Part shown: piece by piece, positions 19,052-32,000 of the stretch
How the letters are laid out: each line of letters begins with the position of its first letter
Position numbering within the stretch: position 1 is the stretch's first letter
Source of the DNA: Candidatus Saccharimonadota bacterium
Lineage (GTDB): Bacteria; Pseudomonadota; Alphaproteobacteria; Rickettsiales; Anaplasmataceae
Direction: 5' to 3'
Length of the DNA stretch: 32,000 nucleotides
Assembly: GCA_029715105.1 (NCBI GenBank)
Contig: CP085695.1
Span: 480,001 to 512,000 of the forward strand
The notes under the pieces: generated by a model
Databases searched by the model: none
What the model saw: the letters and a program-made list of their open reading frames with translations, nothing else
What the model was told of the DNA's origin: nothing
Position numbers and translations under genes: made by a program

Positions 19052-20194
19052 TTATAATAAAGTCTTTACAAGAACATCAGATAAATCTGTATTTTCCCAA
19101 GAAAATCCACCGTCTTCTTCTAATTTCTTACCAAAATGGCCATAACAAGATGTACGTTTATATATAGGACGATTAAGCGATAAATATTTAATAATACCTT
19201 TAATTGATAAATCTATATTATTTTCAATAAACCTCTTAACTCTCTTCTCATCTACTATATTTGTACCAAACGTATTAACGTAAAATGAAGTAGGCTTTGA
19301 TACACCAATTGCATAAGAAAGCTGTACTAAACAGCGTTTAGCTAAACCTGCAGAAACAATATTTTTACTAAGATACCTCGCCATATAAGCTGCAGATCTA
19401 TCAACCTTTGTTGCATCTTTTCCAGAAAATGCCCCCCCTCCATGTGGAATATAACCTCCATAAGTATCAACCATAATTTTTCTCCCAGTTAACCCACAAT
19501 CACTAACAGGTCCACCAACTATAAATCTACCAGCAGGATTAATTAAAAGATTCTCCTCAGAACACATCCATCCTTCAGGCAAAGAAGAAACTATACATGG
19601 ATAAATTATTTCTTTCACTTTAAATCTGTCAAAATCTTCCGGATGTTGTATTGAAATAACAATGCTTTCAGCATATACCGGTAAATTGCCTTCATATTTT
19701 AAAGTAATTTGTAACTTTGCATCCGGACCAAGTTTTACCTCTTTGGCTATACCCATAATATTTCTTAAAATTAAATGTGCATAAAAAATTGGTGCTGGCA
19801 TAAAACTCTCCGTCTCTATTGTCGCATAGCCATACACAATTCCCTGATCTCCCGCACCCTGATCCACTCCTAATGCAATGTCATGCGATTGTTCATGTAA
19901 CAATATATTTACTTTTACTTTTTTCCAGTGAAAATCATCACATTTATTATAACCAATATTTCTTATTACATTTCGCACAATATTCTCAATTCTATCGTTT
20001 TTTATATCGGAACCAAATATTTCCCCAGCTACAATAACATTATCTTTAGTAACCAAAGTTTCTATTGCAGTTCTCGAAAACGGATTAACAAAAAGATATT
20101 CATCAAGCACTGCATCAGAAATTTGATCTGCTACTTTATCTGAATGACCGGCTGCAACAGACTCGCTGGTAATTAAGCTTTTATATAAATTCAT
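19052..20194 (-). CDS. metK: S-adenosylmethionine synthetase
   Basis: SESVAAGHSDKVADQISDAVLD, GAGDQGIVYGYA and GGGAFSGKDATKVDRSAAYMARY are MetK signatures. 380 aa, intact. Confidence 0.95.
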   Translation of the reverse strand: MNLYKSLITSESVAAGHSDKVADQISDAVLDEYLFVNPFSRTAIETLVTKDNVIVAGEIFGSDIKNDRIENIVRNVIRNIGYNKCDDFHWKKVKVNILLHEQSHDIALGVDQGAGDQGIVYGYATIETESFMPAPIFYAHLILRNIMGIAKEVKLGPDAKLQITLKYEGNLPVYAESIVISIQHPEDFDRFKVKEIIYPCIVSSLPEGWMCSEENLLINPAGRFIVGGPVSDCGLTGRKIMVDTYGGYIPHGGGAFSGKDATKVDRSAAYMARYLSKNIVSAGLAKRCLVQLSYAIGVSKPTSFYVNTFGTNIVDEKRVKRFIENNIDLSIKGIIKYLSLNRPIYKRTSCYGHFGKKLEEDGGFSWENTDLSDVLVKTLL

Positions 20195-20260
20195 GCTTTA
20201 ATCTTTCGTTTCAAAACTTTTTATAAAATATACACGATATAATTATCAATATAGAGAGAG

Positions 20261-20334
20261 TGGGCCTGGGAAGAATCGAACCTCCGACCTCACGCTTATC
20301 AGGCGTGTACTCTAACCACCTGAGCTACAGACCC
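20261..20334 (-). tRNA. tRNA-Ile (anticodon GAU)
   Basis: Reverse complement GGGTCTGTAGCTCAGGTGGTTAGAGTACACGCCTGATAAGCGTGAGGTCGGAGGTTCGATTCTTCCCAGGCCCA. Anticodon stem CACGC/GCGTG with loop CTGATAA. The 5' end lies 2 nt after the rpmA stop codon. Confidence 0.9.
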
Positions 20335-20336
20335 TT

Positions 20337-20606
20337 CTAAACTGAAACTTGTATATCCTCCATAGGTAAAACATCAATGAAAATCCTATTGTTAACTGAC
20401 CTTCTAAATTTAACCCAACCTTTTACTTTAGCAAAAATAGTATGATCTCTACCGATACCAACATTCCTTCCGGGAAGAAATTTTGTTCCTCTTTGACGAA
20501 CAATTATATTTCCAGGAATAACCTTCCCATTCTTCTTTATTCCTAGTCTACGACCTACTGAATCTCTTCCATTACAAGAACTACCACCAGATTTTTTAGT
20601 TGCCAT
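20337..20606 (-). CDS. rpmA: 50S ribosomal protein L27
   Basis: [25 protein letters not shown]...[26 protein letters not shown] matches L27. Confidence 0.96.
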   Translation of the reverse strand: MATKKSGGSSCNGRDSVGRRLGIKKNGKVIPGNIIVRQRGTKFLPGRNVGIGRDHTIFAKVKGWVKFRRSVNNRIFIDVLPMEDIQVSV

Positions 20607-20618
20607 ACCTTGTCACCA

Positions 20619-20921
20619 TTAATTTTGAATATTAATTTTATTAATACGAAGAACAGTTATACACTGCCTATGAGCAATTTTCCTGCGATAATTTTTCCTC
20701 CTCTTTTTCTTGAAAACTAAAATTTTCTTCCCCTTACATTGTTCAAGTACACAAGCTTCAACAGCAATATTAGGTAAACAAGATAAACCACTACCGGAAA
20801 AATAAATAATTTTATCAATCTTTACCTCTTTTCCTTCTTCAGCATTCAATCTCTCCACTTTCAAAATACTACCCTCTTTCACCAAATATTGCTTTCCACC
20901 CGTTTCAATTACCGCAAACAC
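20619..20921 (-). CDS. rplU: 50S ribosomal protein L21
   Basis: (M)FAVIETGGKQYLVKEGSILKVERL matches L21. GTG start with a GGGAG SD ~8 nt upstream. Confidence 0.94.
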   Translation of the reverse strand: MFAVIETGGKQYLVKEGSILKVERLNAEEGKEVKIDKIIYFSGSGLSCLPNIAVEACVLEQCKGKKILVFKKKRRKNYRRKIAHRQCITVLRINKINIQN

Positions 20922-20949
20922 AAACGCACTCCCACTATTTAGCCCCTTA

Positions 20950-20978
20950 AGTATAAAAAACTAACGTATTAATGTCAA
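20950..20978 (-). promoter_or_regulatory. candidate sigma70-type promoter of rplU-rpmA
   Basis: On the minus strand: TTGACA (20973-20978, perfect -35), exactly 17-nt spacer, TATACT (20950-20955, 5/6 match to -10). It lies ~29 nt upstream of the rplU GTG, leaving room for the GGGAG SD. Confidence 0.5.
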
Positions 20979-21189
20979 GATAACCCCCTTCTTTAGAAGA
21001 AAATACATATAATAACAATAACAATACAGATTATATAATACTGAAAATATAGAAAGCATATTTTCCATTATAAATAAGCTCAGCTCTATAAGTATAGAAT
21101 AGAACACAAAACAAACAAAACAATTAAATCTTTATAAGAGATACAGAATCTTATGATATATACTATAAAATAAAGTTACAAACACAAAA

Positions 21190-21277
21190 CGGACGGAATG
21201 GGATTCGAACCCATGGTACATTCACTATGTACGTCAGTTTTCAAGACTGATGCCTTAAACCGCTCGGCCATCCGTCC
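21190..21277 (-). tRNA. tRNA-Ser (anticodon UGA), long variable arm
   Basis: Reverse complement GGACGGATGGCCGAGCGGTTTAAGGCATCAGTCTTGAAAACTGACGTACATAGTGAATGTACCATGGGTTCGAATCCCATTCCGTCC(G). Anticodon loop CTTGAAA, extra arm, T-arm ATGGG-TTCGAAT-CCCAT. Confidence 0.88.
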
Positions 21278-21332
21278 ACCCTATTTTTAATTACTCTTAC
21301 CACAACATTTAATCTCGAACAATCTATAAAAT

Positions 21333-22667
21333 TTACTTACCAATACAAAAATTACTGAATATTTCATCTAACACCTCTTCAACGTTAATGATACCTGTTA
21401 TTTCACTAAGTTCAACTATTGCAAGTTTTAAATCTTCAGACATTAACTCAATTGGATTCTCTATATTATTAAAACATTGCAAATACTTTATAGCTCTTTG
21501 CATGCAATTTCTATGTCTTTGTCGAGTAATTAAAGGAACATTTTTGCTGCAATAAAACTTTTCTTCTACCCTTTTTTCAATTGAAGAAAAAAGTTTTTTT
21601 AAACCTATTCCCTTTAAAATAGAAATAGGTAAAAAATCTATGTTATTAATCTTCACAATATAATCATCATTCACATCATCAGCTTTGCTCAAAACATAAA
21701 TAGTATTAATATCCGCAGTATCACAGCTGATATTACTTCTTTCTTCAAAAGAAAATAGCTCTATTCTTAAATCAGCTTCGCAATGCTTCTTTTTTGCACG
21801 ACTTATACCTTCAGACTCTATAGGATCCAAGCTTTCACAAATTCCAGCAGTATCAAAAAGAATAACAGGATATCCACAAATATCAATATGAGCCTCAAGT
21901 ATATCTCTAGTTGTACCTGCATATTTGGAAACAATAGCTATATCACGTTTAGCAAGAAAATTAAACAATGTTGATTTACCAACATTAGGTTTACCAGTTA
22001 TAACAACATGTAAACCCTCACGTAGTCTTTCACCGCATCTATTATCATTTAAATGATCTTGTATTGACTGTATAAGAATTTGTACTTCACTACTTATCTT
22101 TTCTAATTCATTTTTTTCTATTAAAATATCTTCTGGAAAATTTATATATGCTTCAATTTTAGACTGTACTGTTATTAATTTCCTCCTCCAATCATTATAT
22201 AACTTCTCCAATTCTCCTGAAACTTGCCTAATTGCCTGTTTAGCTTGCATTTTTGTTTCAGCATCAATTAAATCAGCAATTCCTTCTATTTGTGTTAAAT
22301 CAAACTTACCATTTAAAAATGCTCTGAGTGAAAACTCTCCAGGTTTAGCCATAACAAAAATTTCTGATAATTTTTCTAAAATAATATTTATAACTGCTTT
22401 ACTTCCATGTACTTGTAATTCTACAATGTCTTCACCTGTAAAACTATTTGGAGCAGGAAAATAAATAACTACTCCATTATCTATAAGTTGACCTACATCA
22501 TCATATAAATTAACTAAAGTAGCAAATCTGGGTTTAATATATTTTTTAATATAAAAATGATTTAAAGTCTTAAGAGCATGATTACCTGAAACTCTAATTA
22601 TTGCAATTCCTGATTTACCAAATGCAGTTGATAAAGCAAAAATAGTTTCATTTGTTCTCGCATACAT
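21333..22667 (-). CDS. mnmE: tRNA modification GTPase MnmE (TrmE)
   Basis: N-terminal [22 protein letters not shown]-domain [12 protein letters not shown] / DTAG / SKAD, and the C-terminal FCIGK motif typical of MnmE. Confidence 0.93.
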   Translation of the reverse strand: MYARTNETIFALSTAFGKSGIAIIRVSGNHALKTLNHFYIKKYIKPRFATLVNLYDDVGQLIDNGVVIYFPAPNSFTGEDIVELQVHGSKAVINIILEKLSEIFVMAKPGEFSLRAFLNGKFDLTQIEGIADLIDAETKMQAKQAIRQVSGELEKLYNDWRRKLITVQSKIEAYINFPEDILIEKNELEKISSEVQILIQSIQDHLNDNRCGERLREGLHVVITGKPNVGKSTLFNFLAKRDIAIVSKYAGTTRDILEAHIDICGYPVILFDTAGICESLDPIESEGISRAKKKHCEADLRIELFSFEERSNISCDTADINTIYVLSKADDVNDDYIVKINNIDFLPISILKGIGLKKLFSSIEKRVEEKFYCSKNVPLITRQRHRNCMQRAIKYLQCFNNIENPIELMSEDLKLAIVELSEITGIINVEEVLDEIFSNFCIGK

Positions 22668-22849
22668 CTCCTATCACCTATCTATATTTATTAATAGAAT
22701 TTCTTAATTTTTCCCCTATACTAGGGTTCACTAAAAAAATATTTTACCATAAATATTATGGTATACTGACTAATTATTTAATATATAACATATGACAAAA
22801 TAAAAAAATTTGTAATTCTCACCAAGAAGTATGTTAAAACTAAGGGATA

Positions 22850-24016
22850 ATGACCTACCCATGTAAAATAGTGATTTTACTATTGATAATAGTAATAATA
22901 CCAGTCAGGTTACTTGCAAATAAAATTGAAATTCTTGCAGATGTAAATGGTGAACCGATTTCAAATTTAGATGTTGAAAAACGTATTAGTTTAATAAATT
23001 CGCTATTCTATCTCCAAAATAACGAGACATTAAAATTTCAAACCCTAAAACAGCTAATTGATGAAATCATCATTGTAAATGAAGCACAAAATTTAAACAT
23101 AAAACTCAGTGATAAGGATCTAAATGATGCCATCATATCATTTATGACAAAGAACTTTAAGATTAAAAATAATGAAGTTTCTAAATATATAGAAAAACAA
23201 AATATAGACCTTAATGCCTTAAAAAGGCATATAAAATGCCAACTATTATGGATTAAAATTATTGAAACAAAAGTCATACCGTTTATTAAAATAAGCGATG
23301 AAGAAATTTGCAATGTAAAAAAACAAATGGAAGAACTAAATTGGCTTGTCACGTTTGAAGAATTTATTCCTAACTCTAACCAAGAAAATTGGGATATTTA
23401 CGAGACAGCTAAAAATTTTGCAGAAAGATTATTGAATAATGATAACAATTTTATTTTAGAACCTGCAATAAAAATACATAAATTAACAGTTAATCTAAGC
23501 CAACTAAAAAGAAATCTTAAGAATGTTTTAGAGAATGCAAAAATTGGTGATATAATAGGTCCAATTAAACTTAATAAAAATTACTATTCCGTTATAAGGA
23601 TAACAGATAAAGTGCAACTTAGTTATTCATTTTTGAAAAGTACCTTAAAAGTAAAACAAGTTATAATTAAAAATTATAAAAATTTATTAAATGAATTCAA
23701 AAAACAAAAAGTTGATTGCTTGAATTTCGATAAAATCGTAAATAATTTTAAATTAAAGAACATAAAAGAATTTGAAATGAAAATACAAAATTTAAACCCC
23801 AGTTTACAAATTTCATTTAAAAACGCTAAAATAAACGACTTAATAGAGCTTAAAAAAGATGACACTATAAGACTAATGTTACTATGTGACATAAAAAATA
23901 CATCAAATATTATAGAGGATATTAAGCAACAAATATATCAACAAAAAGTTTTAATACAAAGTAACTCACTATTAGATAATATACGTAAAAGCACAGCTAT
24001 CAGTTATTTTAATTAA
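22850..24016 (+). CDS. SurA-like periplasmic chaperone with degenerate parvulin (PPIase) domains
   Basis: Signal-peptide-like N-terminus (IVILLLIIVIIPVRLLA). ILADVNGEPISNLDVEKRI aligns to the SurA N-domain (AAVVNNGVVLESDVDGL). AKIGDIIGPIKLNKNYYSVIRI aligns to SurA [21 protein letters not shown]. The C-terminal helix resembles the SurA tail. AAGGGA SD lies 4 nt before the ATG. Confidence 0.75.
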   Translation: MTYPCKIVILLLIIVIIPVRLLANKIEILADVNGEPISNLDVEKRISLINSLFYLQNNETLKFQTLKQLIDEIIIVNEAQNLNIKLSDKDLNDAIISFMTKNFKIKNNEVSKYIEKQNIDLNALKRHIKCQLLWIKIIETKVIPFIKISDEEICNVKKQMEELNWLVTFEEFIPNSNQENWDIYETAKNFAERLLNNDNNFILEPAIKIHKLTVNLSQLKRNLKNVLENAKIGDIIGPIKLNKNYYSVIRITDKVQLSYSFLKSTLKVKQVIIKNYKNLLNEFKKQKVDCLNFDKIVNNFKLKNIKEFEMKIQNLNPSLQISFKNAKINDLIELKKDDTIRLMLLCDIKNTSNIIEDIKQQIYQQKVLIQSNSLLDNIRKSTAISYFN

Positions 24017-24760
24017 ATTTACTTAAATTTGCTTTTTTTATTAAAATTTTCCATTTTGAAGGATTAAAATCTCTATCTCTTTATCTCTTCCTTTTAAACT
24101 CTATTTTCATATAAAATGCTCCAAAAGTACAAATTGCTAAAAATCAACAAATGTTTCTTAACTAAGAGCTGACGTTTTAACTAAAAATTAATCAAAATTA
24201 AAATATAATTTCTATAAAATCTCTATTCTAGAAATTGAATTAAATATTCAACCTAAAATATTATATTTAATAATATCTCTACTTTGTTTTTTAAATAAAA
24301 TTAAAATTAAAAACATTTAATATTTCATATAGAAAATTGATATATCATATTATATATATTATTCAATAATCGAAGATAACCTAAAAATAAGAGAACTAAA
24401 ACACAAAATATAAAATAATGAATCATTGAACATTATTTTCACAATTAATAAAACAGTCTAATCTCAATTAGAAATACTCAAAATTGAACAAACTTTTTAT
24501 AAAAGTTTACGCAACCATCATTTAGTAAAAGTTTTAAACTTAAATACAATAACTTAATAAGTGTATCTCTTCTAACTTTTTTATATAGATTAAGAATGAA
24601 TTCTAAACTACAATATTAAAAAGCAATTTATAAACCAAAAAATAAATACTTCTAAATATTTTAACTACTGCCATAATAAAACAAAAAGTTTCAAAATCAG
24701 CATTTTAAAAGTATAATTACACTATTTTAATCGCACATAAAAATTTGTATTTCGAATCAT

Positions 24761-26263
24761 ATGATGATATATAACAACTTACGTGACTTTATATCTATTT
24801 TAGAAGAAAAAAAAGACCTAATTAGAATTAAAGAAGAAGTTTCAACGATTCTTGAAATAACAGAAATTCATCGTAGAGTTCTTTTGAATAAAGGATCAGC
24901 CATAATTTTTGAAAATGTTATAACAGAAAACGGAAAAAATCCAATCTCAGTTTTAGTGAATCTATTTGGCACTATTGATAGAATAGCCTTAGGATTAAAT
25001 ATAGATCGCAATAAAATGAAAGATCTCGGTAAATTTCTAGCATTTTTACAATCACCAAAGCCACCAAAAAATTTAAAAGATGCTATAAAAATATTTCCTA
25101 CATTACAAATTATATTATCAATGCGTAATAAAATTATAAGTAAAGCTCCATGTCAAGAAGTAATATTAACCGGCGATGAAATAGACCTTAACTTACTACC
25201 AATCCAAACATGCTGGCCAAATGAACCAGCACCACTCATTACCTGGCCAATTATAGTAACAAAAGGATCAACAGAGAACGAACAAGATAATTTTAATCTT
25301 GGAATATATCGTATGCAAGTTATAAATAAAAAAACAACTCTAATCCGTTGGCTTGCAAACCGAGGAGGAGCAAACCATTATATACAATGGAAGAAAAAAA
25401 ATAAAAAGCAAAATATAAATTTTCCTGCTGCTGCTGTAATAGGCATTGATCCTGCAACACTTATAGCTGCAGCAACTCCAATTCCAGAAACATTATCAGA
25501 ATATCAATTTGCTGGATTACTACGTAAAAAACCTCTTGAACTTGTAAAATGTAGAACTATACCACTTCAAGTACCAGCTCACGCAGAAATAGTTTTAGAA
25601 GGTTATGTAAGCTTATATAAATATCAAAACGAAGGACCATACGGAGATCACACTGGTTACTATAATTCTATCGAAAAATTTCCAGAATTCAATATTACTG
25701 CAATTACAATGCGCAAAAATCCAATATATCTTAGTACTTTTACAGGCAAACCTCCAGATGAACCATCGATACTCGGCGAAGCACTTAATGAAATCTTCAT
25801 ACCAATTCTTATCAATCAATTTCCAGAAATAGTAGATTTTTATCTCCCACCGGAAGGATGTTCTTACAGAATAGCAATAATATCAATTAAAAAATCCTAC
25901 CCTGGACATGCAAAAAGAATCGTTATGGGTATACTTTCCTTTCTTAAACAATTTCTATACACAAAGTTTATTATAATTGTAGATGACGATATAAATATAC
26001 GCAATTGGAAAGAAGTAATGTGGGCAATATCAACAAGAATGGACCCCATACGAGATATAATTCCAATAAAAAACACGCCGATTGATTACTTAGATTTTGC
26101 TTCTCCAGAAAAAGGACTTGGAGGTAAAATAGGACTTGACGCAACAAATAAAATTTTTCCCGAAACTAAACGAAAATGGGGAAAAAAAATCGAAATGAGC
26201 CAAGAAATAATAAAAAAAGTTACAGAAAAATGGGAAAAATACGGATTTAACATTAAAAATTAG
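24761..26263 (+). CDS. ubiD: UbiD-family decarboxylase (4-hydroxy-3-polyprenylbenzoate decarboxylase)
   Basis: [60 protein letters not shown] and [12 protein letters not shown] are collinear with E. coli UbiD over the full ~500 aa. Confidence 0.92.
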   Translation: MMIYNNLRDFISILEEKKDLIRIKEEVSTILEITEIHRRVLLNKGSAIIFENVITENGKNPISVLVNLFGTIDRIALGLNIDRNKMKDLGKFLAFLQSPKPPKNLKDAIKIFPTLQIILSMRNKIISKAPCQEVILTGDEIDLNLLPIQTCWPNEPAPLITWPIIVTKGSTENEQDNFNLGIYRMQVINKKTTLIRWLANRGGANHYIQWKKKNKKQNINFPAAAVIGIDPATLIAAATPIPETLSEYQFAGLLRKKPLELVKCRTIPLQVPAHAEIVLEGYVSLYKYQNEGPYGDHTGYYNSIEKFPEFNITAITMRKNPIYLSTFTGKPPDEPSILGEALNEIFIPILINQFPEIVDFYLPPEGCSYRIAIISIKKSYPGHAKRIVMGILSFLKQFLYTKFIIIVDDDINIRNWKEVMWAISTRMDPIRDIIPIKNTPIDYLDFASPEKGLGGKIGLDATNKIFPETKRKWGKKIEMSQEIIKKVTEKWEKYGFNIKN

Positions 26264-26474
26264 TTGTCACACTACTTAAAAAGTAAGCACACCAAGAAAG
26301 CACTGTTTACCAAATAATATAAATAATAAAATTAACAGTTACTTTCTATTATTTAAATAATTAGAGAATAACAATCTAAACGCAAAACCCTCACATTTTT
26401 CTCCATTTTAACTTTTTTAACTTCTATCTTTACTACAAAAGACACTCTTTTTATTGTTTATTTATCCATATAAA

Positions 26475-32000
<5,526 letters not shown>

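Overview
This window is a core housekeeping segment of a very AT-rich, reduced bacterial genome (roughly 30% GC by eye, not computed). The protein sequences look alphaproteobacterial, Rickettsiales/Anaplasmataceae-like (Wolbachia/Ehrlichia group); that placement is inference only. Almost everything is on the minus strand. In transcription order, right to left: the 3' ~5.5 kb of an in-frame fused rpoB-rpoC gene that runs off the right edge, mnmE, tRNA-Ser(UGA), rplU-rpmA, tRNA-Ile(GAU), metK, rpmI-rplT-fmt, carA and tRNA-Tyr(GUA)-tRNA-Gly(UCC)-tuf. tuf is followed 6 nt later by a contiguous S10-spc-alpha ribosomal cluster (rpsJ through rplQ, including secY, adk and rpoA). Only two genes are on the plus strand: a SurA-like periplasmic chaperone and ubiD. 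I found no CRISPR array, transposase, integrase, phage gene, toxin-antitoxin pair or defence-like gene, and no convincing novel multi-gene system. The notable points are architectural: (1) the rpoB-rpoC fusion; (2) a chimeric tRNA-tuf-S10 junction; (3) a divergent S10 with a PPPPPG run; (4) a Ser-rich repeat-encoded linker in rpoA; (5) a tRNA-Ile 2 nt after the rpmA stop; (6) L30/L36/S4 absent from their usual operon positions; (7) several 0.4-0.75 kb ORF-free AT-rich spacers; and (8) one isolated GC-rich palindrome at the left edge. Several ORF-track starts are TTG/GTG extensions, and I trimmed these by homology where noted. All other track ORFs are antisense or alternate-frame shadows of conserved genes.
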